A stretch of DNA of 64,000 nt, taken from Balanoglossus misakiensis (Eukaryota > Animalia > Hemichordata). The stretch lies in assembly GCA_040954595.2 (NCBI GenBank), contig CM082583.2, positions 13,233,764 to 13,297,763 of the forward strand. The letters are read 5' to 3'. Positions 51,326-64,000 of the stretch are shown piece after piece. The position numbers and the translations under genes were made by a program. The notes under the pieces were generated by a model. It did not search any database and was not told the origin of the DNA. It saw only the letters and a program-made list of their open reading frames with translations. Positions within the stretch are counted from its first letter, which is position 1. The number at the start of each line of letters is the position of its first letter.

Positions 51326-54300
51326 TCAGGAAAATGTTCAAAAATCGACGATTTTTCGACTTTGCGAATTTTCAAAATTTGGTCATTTTTTGAAAAAAAC
51401 CATGGGTTAAAGCTCAGGAAAAATGTTCAAAAATCGACGATTTTTCGACTTTGCGAATTTTCAAAATTTGGTCATTTTTTGAAAAAAACCATGGGTTATA
51501 GCTCAGGAAAATGTTCAAAAATCGACGATTTTTCGACTTTGCGAATTTTCAAAATTTGGTCATTTTTTGAAAAAAACCATGGGTTATAGCTCAGGAAAAT
51601 GTTCAAAAATCGACGATTTTTCGACTTTGCGAATTTTCAAAATTTGGTCATTTTTTGAAAAAAACCATGGGTTATAGCTCAGGAAAATGTTCAAAAATCG
51701 ACGATTTTTCGACTTTGCGAATTTTCAAAATTTGGTCATTTTTTGAAAAAAACCATGGGTTATAGCTCAGGAAAATGTTCAAAAATCGACGATTTTTCGA
51801 CTTTGCGAATTTTCAAAATTTGGTCATTTTTTGAAAAAAACCATGGGTTATAGCTCAGGAAAATGTTCAAAAATCGACGATTTTTCGACTTTGCGAATTT
51901 TCAAAATTTGGTCATTTTTTGAAAAAAACATGGGTTATAGCTCAGGAAAATGTTCAAAAATCGACGATTTTTCGACTTTGCGAATTTTCAAAATTTGGTC
52001 ATTTTTTGAAAAAACCATGGGTTATAGCTCAGGAAAATGTTCAAAAATCGACGATTTTTCGACTTTGCGAATTTTCAAAATTTGGTCATTTTTTGAAAAA
52101 AACCATGGGTTATAGCTCAGGAAAATGTTCAAAAATCGACGATTTTTCGACTTTGCGAATTTTCAAAATTTGGTCATTTTTTGAAAAAACCATGGGTTAT
52201 AGCTCAGGAAAATGTTCAAAAATCGACGATTTTTCGACTTTGCGAATTTTCAAAATTTGGTCATTTTTTGAAAAAAACATGGGTTATAGCTCAGGAAAAT
52301 GTTCAAAAATCGACGATTTTTCGACTTTGCGAATTTTCAAAATTTGGTCATTTTTTGAAAAAACCATGGGTTATAGCTCAGGAAAATGTTCAAAAATCGA
52401 CGATTTTTCGACTTTGCGAATTTTCAAAATTTGGTCATTTTTTGAAAAAACCATGGGTTATAGCTCAGGAAAATGTTCAAAAATCGACGATTTTTCCGAC
52501 TTTGCGAATTTTCAAAATTTGGTCATTTTTTGAAAAAACCATGGGTTATAGCTCAGGAAAATGTTCAAAAATCGACGATTTTTCGACTTTGCGAATTTTC
52601 AAAATTTGGTCATTTTTTGAAAAAACCATGGGTTATAGCTCAGGAAAATGTTCAAAAATCGACGATTTTTCGACTTTGCGAATTTTCAAAATTTGGTCAT
52701 TTTTTGAAAAAAACCATGGGTTATAGCTCAGGAAAATGTTTCAAAAATCGACGATTTTTCGACTTTGCGAATTTTCAAAATTTGGTCATTTTTTGAAAAA
52801 AACCATGGGTTATAGCTCAGGAAAATGTTCAAAAATCGACGATTTTTCGACTTTGCGAATTTTCAAAATTTGGTCATTTTTTGATAAAAACCATGGGTTA
52901 TAGCTCAGGAAAATGTTCAAAAATCGACGATTTTTCGACTTTGCGAATTTTCAAAATTTGGTCATTTTTTGAAAAAAACCATGGGTTATAGCTCAGGAAA
53001 ATGTTCAAAAATCGACGATTTTTCGACTTTGCGAATTTTCAAAATTTGGTCATTTTTTGAAAAAAACCATGGGTTATAGCTCAGGAAAATGTTCAAAAAT
53101 CGACGATTTTTCGACTTTGCGAATTTTCAAAATTTGGTCATTTTTTGAAAAAAACCATGGGTTATAGCTCAGGAAAATGTTCAAAAATCGACGATTTTTC
53201 GACTTTGCGAATTTTCAAAATTTGGTCATTTTTTGAAAAAACCATGGGTTATAGCTCAGGAAAATGTTCAAAAATCGACGATTTTTCGACTTTGCGAATT
53301 TTCAAAATTTGGTCATTTTTTGAAAAAAACATGGGTTATAGCTCAGGAAAATGTTTCAAAAATCGACGATTTTTCGACTTTGCGAATTTTCAAAATTTGG
53401 TCATTTTTTGAAAAAACCATGGGTTATAGCTCAGGAAAATGTTCAAAAATCGACGATTTTTCGACTTTGCGAATTTTCAAAATTTGGTCATTTTTTGAAA
53501 AAAACCATGGGTTATAGCTCAGGAAAATGTTCAAAAATCGACGATTTTTCGACTTTGCGAATTTTCAAAATTTGGTCATTTTTTGAAAAAAACCATGGGT
53601 TATAGCTCAGGAAAATGTTCAAAAATCGACGATTTTTCGACTTTGCGAATTTTCAAAATTTGGTCATTTTTTGAAAAAAACCATGGGTTATAGCTCAGGA
53701 AAATGTTCAAAAATCGACGATTTTCGACTTTGCGAATTTTCAAAATTTGGTCATTTTTTGAAAAAAACCATGGGTTATAGCTCAGGAAAATGTTCAAAAA
53801 TCGACGATTTTTCGACTTTGCGAATTTTCAAAATTTGGTCATTTTTTGAAAAAACCATGGGTTATAGCTCAGGAAAATGTTCAAAAATCGACGATTTTTC
53901 GACTTTGCGAATTTTCAAAATTTGGTCATTTTTTGAAAAAAACCATGGGTTATAGCTCAGGAAAATGTTCAAAAATCGACGATTTTTCGACTTTGCGAAT
54001 TTTCAAAATTTGGTCATTTTTTGAAAAAAACCATGGGTTATAGCTCAGGAAAATGTTCAAAAATCGACGATTTTTCGACTTTGCGAATTTTCAAAATTTG
54101 GTCATTTTTTGAAAAAAACCATGGGTTATAGCTCAGGAAAATGTTCAAAAATCGACGATTTTTCGACTTTGCGAATTTTCAAAATTTGGTCATTTTTTGA
54201 AAAAAACCATGGGTTATAGCTCAGGAAAATGTTCAAAAATCGACGATTTTTCGACTTTGCGAATTTTCAAAATTTGGTCATTTTTTGAAAAAAACCATGG

Positions 54301-57300
54301 GTTATAGCTCAGGAAAATGTTCAAAAATCGACGATTTTTCGACTTTGCGAATTTTCAAAATTTGGTCATTTTTTGAAAAAAACCATGGGTTATAGCTCAG
54401 GAAAATGTTCAAAAATCGACGATTTTTCGACTTTGCGAATTTTCAAAATTTGGTCATTTTTTGAAAAAAACCATGGTTATAGCTCAGGAAAATGTTCAAA
54501 AATCGACGATTTTTCGACTTTGCGAATTTTCAAAATTTGGTCATTTTTTGAAAAAAACCATGGGTTATAGCTCAGGAAAATGTTCAAAAATCGACGATTT
54601 TTCGACTTTGCGAATTTTCAAAATTTGGTCATTTTTTGAAAAAAACCATGGGTTATAGCTCAGGAAAATGTTCAAAAATCGACGATTTTTCGACTTTGCG
54701 AATTTTCAAAATTTGGTCATTTTTTGAAAAAACCATGGGTTATAGCTCAGGAAAATGTTCAAAAATCGACGATTTTTCGACTTTGCGAATTTTCAAAATT
54801 TGGTCATTTTTGAAAAAAACCATGGGTTATAGCTCAGGAAAATGTTCAAAAATCGACGATTTTTCGACTTTGCGAATTTTCAAAATTTGGTCATTTTTTG
54901 AAAAAAACCATGGGTTATAGCTCAGGAAAATGTTCAAAAATCGACGATTTTTCGACTTTGCGAATTTTCAAAATTTGGTCATTTTTTGAAAAAAACCATG
55001 GGTTATAGCTCAGGAAAATGTTCAAAAATCGACGATTTTTCGACTTTGCGAATTTTCAAAATTTGGTCATTTTTTGAAAAAAACCATGGGTTATAGCTCA
55101 GGAAAATGTTCAAAAATCGACGATTTTTCGACTTTGCGAATTTTCAAAATTTGGTCATTTTTTGAAAAAACATGGGTTATAGCTCAGGAAAATGTTCAAA
55201 AATCGACGATTTTCGACTTTGCGAATTTTCAAAATTTGGTCATTTTTGAAAAAAACCATGGGTTATAGCTCAGGAAAATGTTCAAAAATCGACGATTTTT
55301 CGACTTTGCGAATTTTCAAAATTTGGTCATTTTTTGAAAAAACATGGGTTATAGCTCAGGAAAATGTTCAAAAATCGACGATTTTTCGACTTTGCGAATT
55401 TTCAAAATTTGGTCATTTTTGAAAAAAACATGGGTTATAGCTCAGGAAAATGTTCAAAAATCGACGATTTTTCGACTTTGCGAATTTTCAAAATTTGGTC
55501 ATTTTTTGAAAAAACCATGGGTTATAGCTCAGGAAAATGTTCAAAAATCGACGATTTTTCGACTTTGCGAATTTCAAAATTTGGTCATTTTTTGAAAAAA
55601 ACCATGGGTTATAGCTCAGGAAAATGTTCAAAAATCGACGATTTTTCGACTTTGCGAATTTTCAAAATTTGGTCATTTTTTGAAAAAACCATGGGTTATA
55701 GCTCAGGAAAATGTTCAAAAATCGACGATTTTTCGACTTTGCGAATTTTCAAAATTTGGTCATTTTTTGAAAAAACCATGGGTTATAGCTCAGGAAAATG
55801 TTCAAAAATCGACGATTTTTCGACTTTGCGAATTTTCAAAATTTGGTCATTTTTTTGAAAAAAACCATGGGTTATAGCTCAGGAAAATGTTCAAAAATCG
55901 ACGATTTTTCGACTTTGCGAATTTTCAAAATTTGGTCATTTTTTGAAAAAAACCATGGGTTATAGCTCAGGAAAATGTTCAAAAATCGACGATTTTTCGA
56001 CTTTGCGAATTTTCAAAATTTGGTCATTTTTTGAAAAAAACCATGGGTTATAGCTCAGGAAAATGTTCAAAAATCGACGATTTTTCGACTTTGCGAATTT
56101 TCAAAATTTGGTCATTTTTTGAAAAAAACCATGGGTTATAGCTCAGGAAAATGTTCAAAAATCGACGATTTTTCGACTTTGCGAATTTTCAAAATTTGGT
56201 CATTTTTTGAAAAAACCATGGGTTATAGCTCAGGAAAATGTTCAAAAATCGACGATTTTTCGACTTTGCGAATTTTCAAAATTTGGTCATTTTTTGAAAA
56301 AACCATGGGTTATAGCTCAGGAAAATGTTCAAAAATCGACGATTTTTCGACTTTGCGAATTTTCAAATTTGGTCATTTTTTGAAAAAAACCATGGGTTAT
56401 AGCTCAGGAAAATGTTCAAAAATCGACGATTTTTCGACTTTGCGAATTTTCAAAATTTGGTCATTTTTTTGAAAAAAACCATGGGTTATAGCTCAGGAAA
56501 ATGTTCAAAAATCGACGATTTTTCGACTTTGCGAATTTTCAAAATTTGGTCATTTTTTGAAAAAAACCATGGGTTATAGCTCAGGAAAATGTTCAAAAAT
56601 CGACGATTTTTCGACTTTGCGAATTTTCAAAATTTGGTCATTTTTTGAAAAAAACCATGGGTTATAGCTCAGGAAAATGTTCAAAAATCGACGATTTTTC
56701 GACTTTGCGAATTTTCAAAATTTGGTCATTTTTTGAAAAAAACCATGGGTTATAGCTCAGGAAAATGTTCAAAAATCGACGATTTTTCGACTTTGCGAAT
56801 TTTCAAAATTTGGTCATTTTTTGAAAAAAACCATGGGTTATAGCTCAGGAAAATGTTCAAAAATCGACGATTTTTCGACTTTGCGAATTTTCAAAATTTG
56901 GTCATTTTTTGAAAAAAACCATGGGTTATAGCTCAGGAAAATGTTCAAAAATCGACGATTTTTCGACTTTGCGAATTTTCAAAATTTGGTCATTTTTTGA
57001 AAAAAACCATGGGTTATAGCTCAGGAAAATGTTCAAAAATCGACGATTTTTCGACTTTGCGAATTTTCAAAATTTGGTCATTTTTGAAAAAACCATGGGT
57101 TATAGCTCAGGAAAATGTTCAAAAATCGACGATTTTTCGACTTTGCGAATTTTCAAAATTTGGTCATTTTTTGAAAAAAACCATGGGTTATAGCTCAGGA
57201 AAATGTTCAAAAATCGACGATTTTTCGACTTTGCGAATTTTCAAAATTTGGTCATTTTTTGAAAAAACCATGGGTTATAGCTCAGGAAAATGTTCAAAAA

Positions 57301-60300
57301 TCGACGATTTTTCGACTTTGCGAATTTTCAAAATTTGGTCATTTTTTGAAAAAAACCATGGGTTATAGCTCAGGAAAATGTTCAAAAATCGACGATTTTT
57401 CGACTTTGCGAATTTTCAAAATTTGGTCATTTTTTGAAAAAAACCATGGGTTATAGCTCAGGAAAATGTTCAAAAATCGACGATTTTTCGACTTTGCGAA
57501 TTTTCAAAATTTGGTCATTTTTTGAAAAAACCATGGGTTATAGCTCAGGAAAATGTTCAAAAATCGACGATTTTTCGACTTTGCGAATTTTCAAAATTTG
57601 GTCATTTTTTGAAAAAACCATGGGTTATAGCTCAGGAAAATGTTCAAAAATCGACGATTTTTCGACTTTGCGAATTTTCAAAATTTGGTCATTTTTGAAA
57701 AAACCATGGGTTATAGCTCAGGAAAATGTTCAAAAATCGACGATTTTTCGACTTTGCGAATTTTCAAAATTTGGTCATTTTTTGAAAAAACCATGGGTTA
57801 TAGCTCAGGAAAATGTTCAAAAATCGACGATTTTTCGACTTTGCGAATTTTCAAAATTTGGTCATTTTTTGAAAAAACCATGGGTTATAGCTCAGGAAAA
57901 TGTTCAAAAATCGACGATTTTTCGACTTTGCGAATTTTCAAAATTTGGTCATTTTTTGAAAAAACCATGGGTTATAGCTCAGGAAAATGTTCAAAAATCG
58001 AGGATTTGGATTTTTTCGACTTTGCGAATTTTCAAAATTTGGTCATTTTTTGAAAAAAACCATGGGTTATAGCTCAGGAAAATGTTCAAAAATCGACGAT
58101 TTTTCGACTTTGCGAATTTTCAAAATTTGGTCATTTTTTGAAAAAAAACCATGGGTTATAGCTCAGGAAAATGTTCAAAAATCGACGATTTTTCGACTTT
58201 GCGAATTTTCAAAATTTGGTCATTTTTTGAAAAAACATGGTTATAGCTCAGGAAAATGTTCAAAAATCGACGATTTTTCGACTTTGCGAATTTTTCAAAA
58301 TTTGGTCATTTTTTGAAAAAAACCATGGGTTATAGCTCAGGAAAATGTTCAAAAATCGACGATTTTTCGACTTTGCGAATTTTCAAAATTTGGTCATTTT
58401 TTGAAAAAACCATGGGTTATAGCTCAGGAAATGTTCAAAATCGACGATTTTTCGACTTTGCGAATTTTCAAAATTTGGTCATTTTTTGAAAAAAACCATG
58501 GGTTATAGCTCAGGAAAATGTTCAAAAATCGACGATTTTTCGACTTTGCGAATTTTCAAAATTTGGTCATTTTTTGAAAAAAACCATGGGTTATAGCTCA
58601 GGAAAATGTTCAAAATCGACGATTTTTCGACTTTGCGAATTTTCAAAATTTGGTCATTTTTTGAAAAAAACCATGGGTTATAGCTCAGGAAAATGTTCAA
58701 AAATCGACGATTTTTCGACTTTGCGAATTTTCAAATTTGGTCATTTTTTGAAAAAAACCATGGGTTATAGCTCAGGAAAATGTTCAAAAATCGACGATTT
58801 TTCGACTTTGCGAATTTTCAAAATTTGGTCATTTTTTGAAAAAACCATGGGTTATAGCTCAGGAAAATGTTCAAAAATCGACGATTTTTCGACTTTGCGA
58901 ATTTTCAAAATTTGGTCATTTTTTGAAAAAAACCATGGGTTATAGCTCAGGAAAATGTTCAAAAATCGACGATTTTTCGACTTTGCGAATTTTCAAAATT
59001 TGGTCATTTTTTTGAAAAAAACCATGGGTTATAGCTCAGGAAAATGTTCAAAAATCGACGATTTTTCGACTTTGCGAATTTTCAAAATTTGGTCATTTTT
59101 TGAAAAAAACCATGGGTTATAGCTCAGGAAAATGTTCAAAAATCGACGATTTTTCGACTTTGCGAATTTTCAAAATTTGGTCATTTTTTGAAAAAACCAT
59201 GGGTTATAGCTCAGGAAAATGTTCAAAAATCGACGATTTTTCGACTTTGCGAATTTTCAAAATTTGGTCATTTTTTGAAAAAACCATGGGTTATAGCTCA
59301 GGAAAATGTTCAAAAATCGACGATTTTTCGACTTTGCGAATTTTCAAAATTTGGTCATTTTTTGAAAAAAACCATGGGTTATAGCTCAGGAAAATGTTCA
59401 AAAATCGACGATTTTTCGACTTTGCGAATTTTCAAAATTTGGTCATTTTTTGAAAAAAACCATGGGTTATAGCTCAGGAAAATGTTCAAAAATCGACGAT
59501 TTTTCGACTTTGCGAATTTTCAAAATTTGGTCATTTTTTGAAAAAAACCATGGGTTATAGCTCAGGAAAATGTTCAAAAATCGACGATTTTTCGACTTTG
59601 CGAATTTTCAAAATTTGGTCATTTTTTGAAAAAAACCATGGGTTATAGCTCAGGAAAATGTTCAAAAATCGACGATTTTTCGACTTTGCGAATTTTCAAA
59701 ATTTGGTCATTTTTTGAAAAAAACCATGGGTTATAGCTCAGGAAAATGTTCAAAAATCGACGATTTTTCGACTTTGCGAATTTTCAAAATTTGGTCATTT
59801 TTTGAAAAAAACATGGGTTATAGCTCAGGAAAATGTTCAAAAATCGACGATTTTTCGACTTTGCGAATTTTCAAAATTTGGTCATTTTTTGAAAAAAACC
59901 ATGGGTTATAGCTCAGGAAAATGTTCAAAAATCGACGATTTTTTCGACTTTGCGAATTTTCAAAATTTGGTCATTTTTTGAAAAAAACCATGGGTTATAG
60001 CTCAGGAAAATGTTCAAAAATCGACGATTTTTCGACTTTGCGAATTTTCAAAATTTGGTCATTTTTTGAAAAAAACCATGGGTTATAGCTCAGGAAAATG
60101 TTCAAAAATCGACGATTTTTCGACTTTGCGAATTTTCAAAATTTGGTCATTTTTTGAAAAAAACCATGGGTTATAGCTCAGGAAAATGTTCAAAAATCGA
60201 CGATTTTTCGACTTTGCGAATTTTCAAAATTTGGTCATTTTTTGAAAAAAACCATGGGTTATAGCTCAGGAAAATGTTCAAAAATCGACGATTTTTCGAC

Positions 60301-63300
60301 TTTGCGAATTTTCAAAATTTGGTCATTTTTTGAAAAAAAACATGGGTTATAGCTCAGGAAAATGTTCAAAAATCGACGATTTTTCGACTTTGCGAATTTT
60401 CAAAATTTGGTCATTTTTTGAAAAAAACCATGGGTTATAGCTCAGGAAAATGTTCAAAAATCGACGATTTTTCGACTTTGCGAATTTTCAAATTTGGTCA
60501 TTTTTTGAAAAAAACCATGGGTTATAGCTCAGGAAAATGTTCAAAAATCGACGATTTTTCGACTTTGCGAATTTTCAAAATTTGGTCATTTTTTGAAAAA
60601 AACCATGGGTTATAGCTCAGGAAAATGTTCAAAAATCGACGATTTTTCGACTTTGCGAATTTTCAAAATTTGGTCATTTTTTGAAAAAAACCATGGGTTA
60701 TAGCTCAGGAAAATGTTCAAAAATCGACGATTTTTCGACTTTGCGAATTTTCAAAATTTGGTCATTTTTTGAAAAAAACCATGGGTTATAGCTCAGGAAA
60801 ATGTTCAAAAATCGACGATTTTTCGACTTTGCGAATTTTCAAAATTTGGTCATTTTTTGAAAAAAACCATGGGTTATAGCTCAGGAAAATGTTCAAAAAT
60901 CGACGATTTTTCGACTTTGCGAATTTTCAAAATTTGGTCATTTTTTGAAAAAAACCATGGGTTATAGCTCAGGAAAATGTTCAAAAATCGACGATTTTTC
61001 GACTTTGCGAATTTTCAAAATTTGGTCATTTTTTGAAAAAAACCATGGGTTATAGCTCAGGAAAATGTTCAAAAATCGACGATTTTCGACTTTGCGAATT
61101 TTCAAAATTTGGTCATTTTTTGAAAAAAACCATGGGTTATAGCTCAGGAAAATGTTCAAAAATCGACGATTTTTCGACTTTGCGAATTTTCAAAATTTGG
61201 TCATTTTTTGAAAAAAACATGGGTTATAGCTCAGGAAAATGTTCAAAAATCGACGATTTTTCGACTTTGCGAATTTTCAAAATTTGGTCATTTTTGAAAA
61301 AACCATGGGTTATAGCTCAGGAAAATGTTCAAAAATCGACGATTTTTCGACTTTGCGAATTTTCAAAATTTGGTCATTTTTTGAAAAAAACCATGGGTTA
61401 TAGCTCAGGAAAATGTTCAAAAATCGACGATTTTTCGACTTTGCGAATTTTCAAAATTTGGTCATTTTTTGAAAAAAACCATGGGTTATAGCTCAGGAAA
61501 ATGTTCAAAAATCGACGATTTTTCGACTTTGCGAATTTTCAAAATTTGGTCATTTTTTGAAAAAAACCATGGGTTATAGCTCAGGAAAATGTTCAAAAAT
61601 CGACGATTTTTCGACTTTGCGAATTTTCAAAATTTGGTCATTTTTTGAAAAAACCATGGGTTATAGCTCAGGAAAATGTTCAAAAATCGACGATTTTTCG
61701 ACTTTGCGAATTTTCAAAATTTGGTCATTTTTTGAAAAAAACCATGGGTTATAGCTCAGGAAAATGTTCAAAAATCGACGATTTTTCGACTTTGCGAATT
61801 TTCAAAATTTGGTCATTTTTTGAAAAAAACCATGGGTTATAGCTCAGGAAAATGTTCAAAAATCGACGATTTTTCGACTTTGCGAATTTTCAAAATTTGG
61901 TCATTTTTTGAAAAAAACCATGGGTTATAGCTCAGGAAAATGTTCAAAAATCGACGATTTTTCGACTTTGCGAATTTTCAAAATTTGGTCATTTTTTGAA
62001 AAAAACCATGGGTTATAGCTCAGGAAAATGTTCAAAAATCGACGATTTTTCGACTTTGCGAATTTTCAAAATTTGGTCATTTTTTGAAAAAAACCATGGG
62101 TTATAGCTCAGGAAAATGTTCAAAAATCGACGATTTTTCGACTTTGCGAATTTTCAAAATTTGGTCATTTTTTGAAAAAAACCATGGGTTATAGCTCAGG
62201 AAAATGTTCAAAATCGACGATTTTTCGACTTTGCGAATTTTCAAAATTTGGTCATTTTTTGAAAAAAACCATGGGTTATAGCTCAGGAAAATGTTCAAAA
62301 TCGACGATTTTTCGACTTTGCGAATTTTCAAATTTTGGTCATTTTTTGAAAAAAACCATGGGTTATAGCTCAGGAAAATGTTCAAAAATCGACGATTTTT
62401 CGACTTTGCGAATTTTCAAAATTTGGTCATTTTTTGAAAAAAACCATGGGTTATAGCTCAGGAAAATGTTCAAAAATCGACGATTTTTCGACTTTGCGAA
62501 TTTTCAAAATTTGGTCATTTTTTGAAAAAACCATGGGTTATAGCTCAGGAAAATGTTCAAAAATCGACGATTTTTCGACTTTGCGAATTTTCAAAATTTG
62601 GTCATTTTTTGAAAAAAACCATGGGTTATAGCTCAGGAAAATGTTCAAAAATCGACGATTTTTCGACTTTGCGAATTTTCAAAATTTGGTCATTTTTGAA
62701 AAAAACCATGGGTTATAGCTCAGGAAAATGTTCAAAAATCGACGATTTTTCGACTTTGCGAAGTTTCAAAATTTGGTCATTTTTTGAAAAAAACCATGGG
62801 TTATAGCTCAGGAAAATGGTTCAAAAATCGACGATTTTTCGACTTTGCGAATTTTCAAAATTTGGTCATTTTTTGAAAAAAACCATGGGTTATAGCTCAG
62901 GAAAATGGTCAAATATCGACGATTTTTCGACTTTGCGAATTTTCAAAATTTGGTCATTTTTTGAAAAAAACCATGGGTTATAGCTCAGGAAAATGTTCAA
63001 AAATCGACGATTTTTCGACTTTGCGAATTTTCAAAATTTGGTCATTTTTGAAAAAACCCATGGGTTATAGCTCAGGAAAATGTTCAAAATCGACGATTTT
63101 TCGACTTTGCGAATTTTCAAAATTTTGTCATTTTTTGAAAAAAACCATGGGTTATAGCTCAGGAAAATGTTCAAAAATCGACGATTTTTCGACTTTGCGA
63201 ATTTTCAAAATTTGGTCATTTTTTGAAAAAAACCATGGGTTATAGCTCAGGAAAATGTTCAAAAATCGACGATTTTTCGACTTGCGAATTTTCAAAATTT

Positions 63301-64000
63301 GGTCATTTTTGAAAAAAACCATGGGTTATAGCTCAGGAAAATGTTCAAAATCGACGATTTTTCGACTTTGCGAATTTTCAAAATTTGGTCATTTTTTGAA
63401 AAAAACCATGGGTTATAGCTCAGGAAAATGTTCAAAAATCGACGATTTTTCGACTTTGCGAATTTTCAAAATTTGGTCATTTTTTGAAAAAAACCATGGG
63501 TTATAGCTCAGGAAAATGTTCAAAAATCGACGATTTTTCGACTTTGCGAATTTCAAAATTGGTCATTTTTTGAAAAAAACCATGGGTTATAGCTCAGGAA
63601 AATGTTCAAAAATCGACGATTTTTCGACTTTGCGAATTTTCAAAATTTGGTCATTTTTGAAAAAAACCATGGGTTATAGCTCAGGAAAATGTTCAAAAAT
63701 CGACGATTTTTCGACTTTGCGAATTTTCAAAATTTGGTCATTTTTTGAAAAAACCATGGGTTATAGCTCAGGAAAATGTTCAAAAATCGACGATTTTTCG
63801 ACTTTTGCGAATTTTCAAAATTTGGTCATTTTTTGAAAAAAACCATGGGTTATAGCTCAGGAAAATGTTCAAAAATCGTCGATTTTTCGACTTTGCGAAT
63901 TTTCAAAATTTGGTCATTTTTTGAAAAAAACCATGGGTTATAGCTCAGGAAAATGTTCAAAAATCGACGATTTTCGACTTTGCGAATTTTCAAAATTTGG
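51326..64000 (+). repeat. 87/88-bp satellite array, inverted right arm (~145 monomers, continues past the window)
   Basis: Reverse complement of the left-arm monomer (TCAGGAAAATGTTCAAAAATCGACGATTTTTCGACTTTGCGAATTTTCAAAATTTGGTCATTTTTTGAAAAAA(A)CCATGGGTTATAGC), varying almost only in homopolymer length. Confidence 0.99.

Noticed and set aside
51315-51327. Simple fold-back read artefact as the cause of the inversion
   Set aside because: The arms are not mirror images; left-arm private variants do not reappear on the right. A mis-join of two arrays is still possible.
30300-63836. Protein-coding genes from the many satellite ORFs
   Set aside because: They arise from the 29-codon period, change strand at the inversion and break at homopolymer indels; no exon structure.
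30222-64000. CRISPR array
   Set aside because: Contiguous tandem monomers with no unique spacers, no cas genes, eukaryotic context.
30222-64000. Telomeric repeat origin (TAACCC/GGGTTA in each monomer)
   Set aside because: A single hexamer per 87 bp, never tandem; expected by chance.

Overview
Eukaryotic (animal, probably marine invertebrate; inference from GT-AG introns and gene content) genomic window in two halves. Positions 1-27 kb hold five intron-containing genes that I spliced by hand into intact frames: GLMP/NCU-G1 lysosomal membrane protein (+); a receptor tyrosine phosphatase of the PTPRR/R7 type (-) with a 2.69-kb mucin-like exon and altered catalytic motifs; an unrecognised multi-pass membrane protein (-) head-to-head with the kinetochore gene CENP-H (+); and an alpha-tubulin (+) with an RFX/forkhead/CCAAT/TATA promoter. 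A 27-30 kb transition zone of diverged local duplications leads into a >=34-kb array of an 87/88-bp AT-rich satellite (about 385 monomers, running off the window end). The array has two polarity switches (a perfect palindrome at 30213-30230 and a fold-back-like junction at 51315-51327), older divergent monomers at its edge, a 40-monomer (~3.49 kb) higher-order duplication and a nearly homogeneous right arm. This architecture resembles a (peri)centromere edge, but centromere function cannot be shown from sequence alone. The ORFs called inside the satellite are a by-product of the 87-bp (29-codon) period.
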